Source: Antedon mediterranea (Eukaryota > Animalia > Echinodermata). Taken from it: a stretch of 64,000 nt of DNA. A program made the position numbers and the translations under genes. Under the pieces are notes generated by a model. The model was not told where the DNA came from and searched no databases. It saw only the letters and a program-made list of their open reading frames with translations. This document shows positions 26,646-38,642 of the stretch, piece after piece (the stretch's first letter is position 1; every line of letters begins with the position of its first letter). The stretch lies in assembly GCF_964355755.1 (NCBI RefSeq), contig NC_092678.1:4790422-4854421 (forward strand). Reading direction: 5' to 3'.

Positions 26646-27137
26646 ATTGCATTTCTACAGGTGTACATGTGTACTGTTGAATCGGTGTACTGTAAACATT
26701 AACTTATGTGGTTCCATTTATATATATTTTTAGGCATCATTGTATCATTGATTTGTTTTATTGGCGCAAACAGTCTGAAAATTAATAGCAAAATTATCAT
26801 CAATGAAATATAAAATCATATCTAGCATAACACGAGCATATGTAATTTTTTCAAATATTTTTAAAGAGAATACATGCATACCTTAATAATTGCACCTGAT
26901 TTTCTTGGGCCCAGTTCTCACACAAATTTCTCAAGGGCGTGGTTTATATCCACTCCAACCTCGTTTACACAGTAAATAAATTCCTGTGTTTATCACGAAT
27001 TACTTTTGTTGGAATGAATTTCATCAACCCATTATCAAGACGCACTTTGACACCAATTTCTTGTCCTGGGCAGCTACCACCGCACTTCGTGCTATGGAGA
27101 TAGCTTGACACAGTTGAAGAGGGTATTGCCGGAATTG
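26646..27137 (-). pseudogene. Satellite-host pseudogene, copy B (degenerate)
   Basis: 26880-27137 is homologous to 23570-23857 (minus strand [29 protein letters not shown]|gtatgc). 26646-26730 is homologous to 22921-23000. Confidence 0.55.
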
Positions 27138-27194
27138 ACGAGAAGTCGTCTTTGAGTTTTTCAATATCTTCATTTAACTCCTTATATGTACAAA

Positions 27195-27640
27195 CTTTTT
27201 TTTGGATTTTGTTTTTTTAATTTTTTTTTTATTTTTTTTTTTTATATTTTTTTTTTTATTTTATTTTTTTTTTTAACAGCTTGAGCTGCGCGGATAGGAA
27301 TGGCTTCATCCTAGGTCGAAATGCACCCGATAATCTACACTACAAAACAATGCACAAATCATAGAAAAAAAGAAGAAAACGAAATAATAACACTAGGAAT
27401 AAAAAAGGAAATGAAATGAAAATAAACAGAAGAATGACAAAGAAAGAGAATGTAAAATAAATGTAGAAGTAAAGTAGATAAAAGGAATAAAATAAAATAA
27501 AAAAGAATGAAGAGAAAGAAAAAGTCCAGGCAACGGCATGAAGAGGCACAGAGTGAGGCTAGCAGGACACAGATAGCCGGGCATTCAATCCATCCGAATC
27601 ATCAGTGGGTATGTGTACGAACAAGATCAGATGTTAAATG
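27195..27640 (-). mobile_element. Probable 3' end of a poly(A)-tailed retroposon (LINE 3' UTR or SINE)
   Basis: A long degenerate T tract at 27195-27274 (poly(A) on the minus strand) abuts a GC-richer unique segment (cagcttgagctgcgcggatagg...). No ORF; family not recognised. Confidence 0.4.
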
Positions 27641-27977
27641 GGAAGAAAGTCGTCAGCTTACCAATATTCACCAATAAATAATAATAAATAAAAATAAACA
27701 ATAAATAAAAACAACAAATAAAATATTAAATTAAATATAAATAAAATAATTATAAAATTAAAGTAATATAAATAAATAAAAATAAATAATTAAAAATTTA
27801 ATATAAATAAAAATAATATAAATTATAACAAACAATAATAATAAAAAATAAGAAACGTAATAATTAAAAAAAGATGCACGAAATTTGGCCTACATATGAT
27901 GAAAAGTAATTGTGTTGAAAATTAGACCACAGATTGGTGTGTGCCCCAGCATGTGTTAGCTTTTGCTAGGATGGTAC

Positions 27978-28339
27978 ATTTTTTATTTTATTTTATTTTA
28001 TTTTATTCAATCGAAACCAACAGCGATAATTACCGCCACTAACAGGTTTGATACAATCAAAGCCAGGACTGTTTAAAGCACCTTGATTGGTCCTGATATT
28101 GATCAAGGGCTTCTCTCGTCCAGTGCCCACCTTGACCAGTGGTCTGTGGCAGATACTAGATGCAGGGGCTGCCATAAGAGTCAGCAGTGCTGATTTCAAA
28201 TGCCTAATGGGACCCCAGGTCCGTATACAGCACCCGCTATTCCCAGATGGTCTCCCATCCAAGCTCTAACCAGGCCCAACGTTGCTTAACTTCGGTGATC
28301 TGACGAGAACCGGTGTTTCCACGTGGTAAAGCCGTATCA
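27978..28339 (-). mobile_element. 5S rRNA-derived SINE (SINE3-type), ~360 bp
   Basis: Minus strand 28339-28223 is a near-full diverged 5S rRNA (gatacggc..ccacg..acaccggttctcgtcagatcaccgaagttaagcaacg..ggttagagcttggatgggagacc..tgggaata.cgggtgctgta). A ~215-bp unrelated body and an (AATAA)n tail follow. Confidence 0.88.
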
Positions 28340-28699
28340 TGATTCAGGTAAAAATTAGGGGGGTGCAATTATAATCCATTTTTGTATTTGTTTGTAATTA
28401 TAGCTTAAACAAACAATTAAAACCAGAAGGAAGTTTCTGTTTATATAATAATTAACTTATTAAACCAGATGTGGTTTTCTTATTTCAATTTATTTATTCT
28501 TTTTTTTGACATTGCATTTTCAGTAACTGCAGTAACTTATTCTAAATATTGATTATATACCAAGACATCAACAATGGATGGAAACAAATATACGGCCCTG
28601 AGAAAATGAACCTTAAGTCGAGTGCAGTCAATTATTGATTGCAATCTATATTCAAGAAAATGGACATATTCAAGTCACTGTATTGTAAAGGGGATCTGA

Positions 28700-29042
28700 A
28701 AAAGTGATCAGGCTGAAACCTTACCTAAGGCCCTGAGAAAATGTAAATGGATCAGTGGAAATGTTGAGTGCAGTTAAATGTGGTCAGGCTGAAACTTTAG
28801 CTACGGCCCTGAGAAAATGTACATTGATTAGTGGATATGTTGAGTGCAGTTAAAAGTGGTCAGGCTGAAACCTTACTTAAGGCCTTGAGAAAATGTATGG
28901 ATCAGTGGATATGTCGAATGCAGTTAAAAGTGGTCAGGTTGAAACTTTACCTAAGGCCTTCAGAAAATGTACATGGATCAGTGGATATGTCAAGTGCAGT
29001 TAAAAGTGGTCAGGCTGAAACCTTACCTAAGGCCCTGAGAAA
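28700..29042. repeat. ~75-bp minisatellite, ~4.5 copies
   Basis: gtggatatgt...gtgcagttaaaagtggtcaggctgaaaccttacctaaggccctgagaaaatgtacatggatca at ~28755, 28831, 28905 and 28981. Confidence 0.92.
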
Positions 29043-32000
29043 GTTTAAAAAATTAAATATTTGATATACTTTGATTTTTCAATGTTGTTGAACCATACTG
29101 ATAAATCAATCGGTGGTTTATAAATTTTCTACACCTGTCAATTCTTGTCAACTTTTAGTTGCATACATAGGATATAAACCAAAAATAAACTGACCCCACA
29201 ATTCACCACTAATTAACTACTAATGGTATTATAGACCTTGTTTCGTCTTTGAAGAAATGCCAAGATCGTTTGAGGATTGTACAAGATGCCTTTAACATTT
29301 ATGCTCTCTGTGTGCAACTTCCTTTGGCTTTCTTTTAAAAGAATTCCATTTTTCATAACTGGTACATTGTAGTGTTTTCTACAGCTATTGTTGTGAACTA
29401 TGATTTCTGTCATACCAATTAGTTCATCTTTGTCCTATCAAGTGTTTCTTAATTTACACAGTCTCGTTTTATGTTTTTTCTTCTTCTTCGGCTCTCTGCG
29501 TGCAACATCCAGAAGCCTTTGGCTTTCTTTTGAAAACCATTCCATTTTCTGGTACATAGTGTTTGGTACAGCTATTTTTGAGTGAACTGGCCAACATTGA
29601 TTTAAGTCAATATCAATTCCTTGTCCTATCAACCAGAGTAGCTTAATTTTCACTGGTATCTTGTTGACCAGTTTTTTTTTTATGAAAAGGCCATAATAGC
29701 CAACAATGTTTTCCGTCAAATATCAAATTCTCAGTTCTCTTTTTTTTCCTCCATATTCTTCATGTCCCATTAACGTAACGAGGCTGACTTGTTCTTTGAA
29801 TTCACAAACTATTATCAATTGTTACAATACATTTAGTTATTTGTAATCTGAATGCAACAGTTTTCCTGTTCAAGTCTTGTTTACACAGAATGATGATTGA
29901 AACTTATTGGATGTGGGCATCAACATAGGCTAATTTAAATTCCAGCTAAAACACTAGCATAGTAAGTATAGTCCAAATATCCCTGGTTGTTGTAAGTGCT
30001 TTTAAAAATACAAGGGCATTGAAGAACGTACAGTATCTTGTTACGGAATTATTTTAACTGTCCATAATTTTAGAAATGTATTTTAGTTCTTTTTAAACAA
30101 TTTTTTTCTTCAATTCCATATAGACCTAAATGAATTGGTAATTCATAGTTGTCTCTCTTTTGTACAAATCTCAAAAGACATCAGGCAACTAGCAATTAGT
30201 AAATTTGAATTAAAGACATGTCTTTAATTACCAACTATGGTGAACTGCAGGGTCGGTTTAACGCCAGTACACAACTGCATTTTGGTAGTTTTTTTCATAC
30301 AAATAATGAATTCCTTTGGAAAATAGAACAAAGTTGAAAGTGTTTACTATGCCTGATTATATTGCATAAAGACAATACATAAACACTGTTGGTTGTAGGA
30401 AAAGTAATAGTGCTTAAAAAATGTTTTAAGATCTAGTGTTGCATAAGGTAAAACAGCACTACTGTATACAACAATCAGTGGTTGATATACTGTATATTGA
30501 AAAAGAAAGAAAAGGAGACAAATCTAATATTGGTACAGATGTAAAACAAGTTTTACAGCACCAAAAATAGAAATGAGAAAAAGAGGTAGATGAAAGGGAT
30601 AGTGTACAAAGCTCTTAAAGCTTATACAGTGGAAGGCTACTGAAATTGAGGGATAAAAGTTCTGTTAACAAGATGATAGGGTTACAAAAAGAGTGATGTT
30701 AGGGCAAAGGTGAAACAATATCCCATTTATCAATTAAGTAGTAAATGTCACCAAAGTCATAACTTGAAATTGCCTTTATCTTAAGCAAGACAGGAAGGTA
30801 AGGAGCGATTTAGATAACCAAAACAGTACAAAAACAGTATGGATTTTTGTGCTGTCATTGTCAGCAACATTGAAAAAATCAAGGTAAATAATATTTGATT
30901 TAATATTTCAAATTAATTTATGATTGTATTCTATCAGTACAATTTATCATGTTTCTGGTTTCTGTCAACAGAAGAGACTTAACCACATGTAAAGGATGAG
31001 GTTATTACACTAAGAATAATCAAAAGGATAAAGGGATTAGAAATAGAGGGATACAAGTTATCCACAGAATTGACCATTTTGAAAATGCCAATGCCTTTCA
31101 TGAAGATATTTTTTATTGGGTTATCAATTATAACTGCATGCCAAAGGGATGCCGAATTTGTTGCACAACCATGTAGAGGTAAATTCTACTGCAGAACAAA
31201 AGTAACAGGCTAAATTAATAGAACTTGAGGACTTAAATTGAAACGGAAAAAATATAAGAACCAACCTGATGTGTCAAATCAGTGGGAACCTACTGGCCAA
31301 ATAGTTTGAGAAGATATCTCACTCTTAAAGTGCTTACAGAAATATGAAATAGGAGGTTTTACGCCACATTGTAACACAGGTTCCATCATCTAAGTTCATT
31401 ATAAGTGATGATCCACATGAATGGACACACTAATGAAAAAGATACTTTTATTTAACCATGTCAGCCTGTAAAGGTATACACAGACTTTGGAATAAAGATT
31501 AGTGTTTGGGATCAATTCTTCACAAGAACTGTTTCTGCATATTGCAAGTGCTTAGTATTGTGGTTCTCAAACAGCACAATAAAAAGCAAGACAGGTATAA
31601 ATACCATAAAGAACAGAAGTTCACACAAGAACAAATTTTGGCCCAACCGAAGAGAGGGTTAGAGCGTTACTGTACTTATTCTAGATAGGTACAGAATACC
31701 ATATTTTGCCTACATATGCAAATGAATTAAGGATAGTGTGTGAAGCTAGCTTAATGCTTTAGCAAAACAAAACAAGATAACAAAAACTCAATGCAATCGA
31801 CCAGTTGTTCCTTTTCTCAGAGCCGTATATTTGCATCCCTCCTTTGTTGATTTCAACAACATTTAAATAATCAGGGTAAATAATACCGTAAAGAACAGAG
31901 GTTTAAAAAAAGAGCAAATGTTGGCCCAACTAAAGTGAGGGTTAGCTTAACAGAATCCCTTTTGCCAAATGCAGCCACATTTTTTACCACAAATGCAAAA

Positions 32001-33895
32001 AAAAAAAAAATGTGTGTCTTGCCACATTTTAACCACACATGCAAATGGTGTGTGAAGCCATCATAGTTGGGCTAGTGTTGGGTTAGGTTCTGTTACATCT
32101 CCAATATCTTTATAGCAAACTATTCTTTTCTGCTTATGACCGAAAAGTAGTCCTCGTAAAACTGCTACCGAGATGGGATAAAGTTTTTTATAGTTTACTT
32201 ACTAAATGTTACTGAAATGCAATCTAGTCAAAATACATGAATAAATAAATAAATGGAATTAGCTTTTGTAACAAATTGCAATACACTTTGTTATACTGTA
32301 GTATATTTTTTTAAATACCAGAATCTATATAATAATGTAATTGAACCTTGTACTGTATGGTCCATATCATTTATTTCTACATATTTGAATAATGTATGGA
32401 GAAGTTGAAATGAACAACTTATTCAGGGACCGCTGTTAGTCTTTGTCTGGAATTTAAATGACAGATGTGTTGTGTTATTTAGACCATTTTGCCTGTTAAT
32501 CAATAAGTCTTTGTTATATTGTACCTATATAATAATTTATAAGTTATTGTATCAAATTTATTCTGCCTTACTTTCCTCATCTATCTATTTACATTGTATG
32601 TAAAGCTGATGGAATATCACCAACGCTGAACCTGATACTACCTGCCTTGCTTGGTTGGCTTTTTAAATGTCTTTTTGATAGGTTTATGTCTTGGTTGGTT
32701 GTGTTTTATAAATGGTTTGTGATAGTGGAATGGTCATGTATTGGTTGTTTACACAAATTGCGACAACAAAATCTATTATGGGAAAGATTGCAAGCACATC
32801 TTGAAAAATGTGCGTTTAACAGATGATTAAATGTCAAGCAAAAAATTGTTCACAAGAACACTTTACTTGGGTGAACAGTAATTGATAAACCAATCAAAGC
32901 TAGAGTGTGCCTATAGATTAAACGTAGAGATTATCCAATGATGAAAAGATATGAGATTCTGGCACTAAATGGCTTCTGTATGCACCACTTGTGTCACACA
33001 GTGGCAGACGAAAAGGGCAAAATAAAAATAGATTTTTGAACAACAGAAGGCTACTTTATAGCGGGTATTAATTTAGGGCAAGCATTATCCCTACAAGCAG
33101 GGGCATACTTTTGCAAAGACAGTGTTTACCTTACGCCGACTGTAGGTGTCTTTGCAATTATAAAGAAATAAAATTATCCCATTCATTTATTTATTAATAT
33201 TTCATAGAAATTCCAAATAGAAAACTGTTGGCGACAGTTGACAAAAAATGCAAACATGGGAGAGTACAAAATGAACCAAAAAAAGGCTTGTTTTAGGAGT
33301 GAAAGAAAAAACAGAAATAATGCAGTTATATTTTAAGAAAGATTTTAAACTCATTTGAACATGCTGTCTACTACAAGTATATATTTAACAATACTCCTTT
33401 TCAAGGAGAACCATAACTTTCAAAAAGTGTGCAGGTTAAACCCTACAACTATTAAATTATTGAAAGTTAAAATGTAAAAACAATTTACTTTATAGTGGCT
33501 GACGTTAAGAAGCATTTAAGAAATGCTCAAGATCTTACAAAGATTGTAAATACCGTTAATGCACTAGTGAAAGCACATACACAATAGCACAAAACATGGA
33601 TTTTTACTTCTGGTCTCAGAAAATTTTTAATTTAATTGTTTAAAGAAAGAACACATCAGGTCAGATTAAAAGTCAATGCACCACTTGCATCACGTTGTGG
33701 CAGACGAATTTGGAAAATAAAATAAAAGATAGATACATAACAAAAAACTACTAAATAATAAATATGGCGGTTGAGAACGTATTGTTTTTTTTAGGGGCAA
33801 GCAAACCACAAGTAGGCAAGTGTAAAATTGGCCATGCCTCTGTAAAAAAACTAAATTAAAAAACTTTCAGGTTAAGAGGAAGGTCAGTTCAGTAC

Positions 33896-34150
33896 AGTAG
33901 AGTTGCCCAGATAGACGAAGACAACAATTGAGTGTCACTTATGGACGAAATGCAAGAGGTTTTCATTGCTCCTCTCTACGTGTTGCAATATCTCCACCTC
34001 CACGTAGGCGTTTACCACATCATAATTCACTGCCACGACCACAACATAATTTGCCACCCAGACCACAAACACCACCAGACAGACAGTTAAGACACATTGA
34101 TAACATGAATGTTAGCTTTGAGTAAATAGACTACAACAATCGCAACCAAG
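33896..34150 (+). pseudogene. Diverged copy of the Arg/Pro-rich exon
   Basis: Translates YGRNARGFHCSSLRVAISPPPRRRLPHH...PRPQTPPDRQLR, collinear with the 50092-50928 ORF. Confidence 0.7.
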
Positions 34151-34539
34151 ACAACATTTTTCATCAAACCTATTGGCTGACTATCAGGTTGGGTTATTAG
34201 TATAGGGTTTATACTAACAAATAAGGTGACTTTTTTCAGAGCGGGACGTACCGTCCCAACAGTATGGGGGTGGGACGTATGTGCTGGATGCAAAGGATGG
34301 ATTCTGGCACATAGAACTGACAGAAGATTTTATATCGTGTTTGAGCTACTAGTAGATCACTGTTTAAGTTCATTCTAACTGAAAGGTTCAACCTATATTT
34401 CCTCGAGAATCTGTTTTCAATTGTTAGATGAATTGGGGATTAGAAATATCCAATGGCCAATGAATTTCGAGCATCTTTAAAAGAATTAATGTATACAAAA
34501 CGATGATTCCATTTTTTAAATGATGCATTTGGCAACTAA

Positions 34540-34765
34540 ATAAAAAAAGCTAAACTAGACTGCTTCAGAAAGATGTTACGACCAAAGTGACAAAAGCAAC
34601 ACCTTGGGTAAACAGTGTAGTAATCGATAAACCAAACAAAACTAGAGTGTGCCTAGATCCTAGACACTTCTATTTTATTCTGCGATTAAACGCAGAGATT
34701 ATCTGATGATGACATCAGTAACATTTGCATCAAGCTAAGGTATTCAGTGTGGATAGGTTCTGGCT
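34540..34765 (+). mobile_element. Ty3/Gypsy reverse-transcriptase relic (a more decayed copy at ~32865-32965)
   Basis: Frameshifted TPWVNSVVI.DKPNKTRVCLDPR...AIKRRDY...AKVFSV..GFW matches the Gypsy RT N-terminal PWV.S.V...K....R.CLDPR motif. Confidence 0.75.
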
Positions 34766-36153
34766 CAAAGAAATAGGCCAAGTCGGGAAGAAAAGAAATG
34801 GTGGCTGTAGAATGATTTTTTTTATAGGATATTATTTTGTGACGCACAGTAATAGAATCCGGACCAATTTCATATAATCGACCATATTGATTATATTTTA
34901 ATTTGTTTCACTCATTTATTTTATTCTGTTTCCATTTTTAACAGATTGCAGACAGAAGTCCTCAACTTCATTAAGGGCGGGACGTATCGTGCCAATGGTA
35001 GAGTTGCCCGGATAGATGAAGTAGAAGTAGACCACAAACACTACAATAGTATTTGGTTTAACTAAGGCATTGTATAACTTTAGTCTGACGTTTTCTTTAA
35101 CTTCTTTAATAAAAACATATGGTTATAGTAATTATATGACGTAGTAAATTTGACATAATATTATGTTATATTTAAATCATTCAAGTGTGATAAGATGGGC
35201 CGTGAACACAAAATTCATTCAATGCTCATCGACATACAAAGCGAACATTTATTTGCACAAAGTGCAGGAAACTAATTAAAGGTATCACACATGTCATTTA
35301 GTGATTGTGAACTTCGTGTTTGTGAATTATTCTATGGTGGTGTTTGTCTTACAGCATTGTAATAAAAGTATAATTAAATTGCATACAATCAATGTGTGGT
35401 ATCTTGTCTATAAACAATAAATCGTATCATCATAAAAGCATTGCCATACAATTTGTTTACTACAAACTACACCTTACACACAGTTACTACTCAAGAAACT
35501 TGTTCAACCACGAGGGCGCTTTTGTACATAGAGCGTTACGGACGTCACACATTTTTGTTGTATGCCGCACGTGTTATGTTTACAATCTTTGATGGATATT
35601 ATTGTGATTCAACGATTAGATCTTTTTTATTGGATCATCATAACGTGTGCGTTATGGTTCACTAATTTTCGTTGCTATATAAATGAGTGTTCAAAACCGC
35701 CGCGTCTTCTTCTGATAGGCCTACTGATAGTTGATTCAAATAAATAGATAAATAGAAACTTAAAAAAGAAGAAAAGATGAATCGAAGACTTCGATTGTGA
35801 GTAACAGTAACACGCACCTTCTTTGTTTTTTTTACATTTTTTAGTTAAAAAGTCAGCCTAGGCTAATTATTCATTAATTGTTTCAATCAAATTGTTTTAA
35901 CACGTAAAAACAACAGTTTAATCACTAGCCGGCCCTAAAACCGATGGATTGGCCCAAGTCGACCGCGGGTCAAGTCAGCTCCTCGTTTAAACGCGGCTCA
36001 AGTGAACTCGGTATTAATTTCTTTTTAATTCGGGACGATTCGGCCCACTTTTACTTTATTTTACTCAAATCAAAACCAAAGATTGTTAATAATAATATTC
36101 ATTTTTTGGGTATTTATCAAATTTTTAAAGGTTTTTGAACTAGGGCCTACTAG

Positions 36154-38302
36154 GGGTAGTAACAAAGTGCGAGGCAGCGAGGCACGCGAGACAGGGAAGG
36201 CATGCGAGGCAAGTCAGAAATTTATGCGAGGCATCGTTTTACCATCATCAAAAAAGGGTAGTAACAAAGTGCGAGGCAGCGAGGCAGGGAAGGCATGCGA
36301 GGCAAGTCAGAAATTTATGCGAGGCATCGTTTTACCATCATCAAAAAATGCGAGGCATCATTTTATCATTTCTCAAAATTGCAAGGCAGGAAATCACCGA
36401 AATTGAAGTAGCCTAGGCCTAGGCCCGCTAGGCTAGTTTCCTTTTGCACCTGCCTTGTATTTTAACCAACTTTATCCTGAATACCACAGCTTAGAATTAG
36501 TAGGCCTACTTTAATGAAGAAAAATCACATAAAAGTAACAATAAATCCATTAAATTGGTGATTTTACAGACGTTGTTTTTCTCGCATTTCGCACACTCAA
36601 TGTTCAATATTTTGGTTTCTATGGAACGCCAAAAGAGCAAAATTAATTAGAGGGCTAAAAACTCTGTGGAATCCATTTAAATTTAACGCATTATTTGGTG
36701 AAAATCAAGTACAATTTCAATAGATTTTGTCACTGTCAGTACGGAAAAATGTTACTGTTGATAATGTACACGGTTTCGTTAACCTTTTAAAGAATAAAAT
36801 AGAAAAATTCATCATAATATCCTTAGTAGGATGTCCTAGGTCTAGACTAGGTAGTGATGTTGATTTAGGATCGATTATTATTCTTTGAAAACAGAACAGT
36901 ATCAGCAGTAACATATTACAGCATTTTTATTGACAAATTAACAAATATATTGAAATAAAACGTGTTTTTCACCAATAAATGCATGAGAAATTGACGCATT
37001 CCACTGAGATTTAGTCCTCTATTATCGTTGCTCTTTTGGCGCTCCATAGAAACAAAAATATTGAACATTGAATAAGTGAAATTCGCGAACAGTGTGCGAG
37101 AAACACGCCTGTAAAATCATTAATTTAAGGATTTATTTGTTACTTTTTATGTGATTCTTTCATTAAAGTACTCATGAGGTATACTTCTAAGGTGTGGTAT
37201 TCACACGATAAAGTTAGTTATCAAATTTGGAGTAAAAATACAAGCGAAGGAAACTAGCGCCAGGTTTATTAGTACGTACATGGACAACAATAAATAAAAA
37301 TCGTTCGTAATATACCTAGCTTACTAAAACAGGAATAGTGTATCATTATTAAATATTACACCAACTATTATTATATCAAAATTGATTAAATTATTTTCTA
37401 CATAGGCCTCTTATCTAGGTTAGGGCTAAGCATATTAGCTAAAGTTTAATTTTAGGCCTAGTATTATTGTCGGACGTAAGTCTTTTTTCACACGAGCTCC
37501 AGAATTCTTTTCTTTTTTTCTTTGCGGCATGTTATTGGATCGCCATATCAGTTACCTTTTATTCACCGCCAGTTATTGAACTTGTCCTGGCAATCGCTGT
37601 TCACCTTATTTGCGAGAGAGGTACACGTGTTGTTCCTAGAGAATGGAATGTCAAAAATGTCTTTGGCACGCCGCTCAGAGAGAAAAGTCTGTGCGTTGCT
37701 GCTGCTGAAACCACGTGCTATAGGAGGGGAATGCACCACAATCCTCTGAGCTGAGTGCTGAATCATTCCGCTACCTGCTAAATAGTAAAGAGGGATTTTC
37801 CATCTCTCGGGTCTACCGGATCTAGGCGCAGGGGTGTGACAAAATATTATTTTCACTCTGCTATGTTCGAGAGACATGTTAGTGAACACGCTCGAAATGC
37901 CAACAAACATTGCAGTCATTTGATGAGTGTGTTGCTATAACAATTATTGTTTATCGAAAATTGAAGACTGTCGTTCAGATTTTTTAACCGTAGTTTGGGC
38001 ACTTTTGTAAAAGTAAAATTTGACAAGATATGACTTGAATGAAAAAACAATCGTTACATAAAAATAAACAACATGATGAGTGTATACACGAATCTATTTA
38101 GATACGCTTGTATCGATTGATTATTAGGCCTATAATATAGCATAATAGCACGTTAAGATATGCCTCGCACCTTTTTGAAATTGTAAACTATATGCCGCGC
38201 ATGCCTCGCACTTTTGGAAATGATAAAATGATGCCTCGCACAAATATTTGGCATGCCGCGCTTGCCTCGCGTGCCTCGCTGCCTCGCACTTTGTCAACAC
38301 TC
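36154..38302. mobile_element. Non-autonomous Mutator/MULE-like element (2149 bp)
   Basis: TIRs GGGTAGTAACAAAGTGCGAGGCAGCGAGGCACGCGAG and (revcomp) GAGTGTTGACAAAGTGCGAGGCAGCGAGGCACGCGAG with GCGAGGCA subterminal repeats. A 9-bp direct repeat GCCTACTAG flanks it at 36145-36153 and 38303-38311. It is absent from the right arm (~55160). Confidence 0.85.
36426..37261. mobile_element. Older foldback MITE nested in the MULE-like element
   Basis: ~36430-36705 (gctagtttcc...gttcaatattttggtttctatggaacgccaaaagagcaa...tggtgaaaa) is a diverged reverse complement of ~36966-37261. Confidence 0.75.
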
Positions 38303-38582
38303 GCCTACTAGTTAGGCCTAGCCCTAGTTAGGGCCTATAGGCCTAGGCCTATACCAGGTAGGCCTAGACCTAGGCTAGGCCTAGGCCTACCTACATATAC
38401 TTTATTAATATTGGAAATCTATGGATGGTAATATAGTAGAATTCAGTATCAAATGGTGATATTTCTGTATTTTTTTAATCAATTGTTTGCTTGCGATCAT
38501 ATAAGGTATGGTTTAAAGATCTTTGGCCATGTTTGGCTTCGGGATGTTATACCACACTTAGGCCTAGGCTAGGCTAGGCTAT

Positions 38583-38642
38583 AGGGGTCGTCGGTTTCGT
38601 GTTGGGGTCGTCCAATTCGAGGTCGTCGCTTTCTACACACCC
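38583..38642 (-). mobile_element. Probable DNA-transposon terminus with GACGACC subterminal repeats (inverted copy at 54826-54884)
   Basis: GGGTGTGTAGAAAGCGACGACCTCGAATTGGACGACCCCAACACGAAACCGACGACCCC is a G-rich end plus three short repeats. No partner end was found. Confidence 0.35.

Noticed and set aside
28223-28339. Functional 5S rRNA gene
   Set aside because: Diverged, the terminal helix is imperfect, there is no oligo-T terminator, and it runs into a SINE-like body and tail.
38310-38395. (TAGGCC)n tracts here and at 55080-55170 as telomeric repeats
   Set aside because: Short, irregular, mixed-orientation simple repeats scattered through the window.
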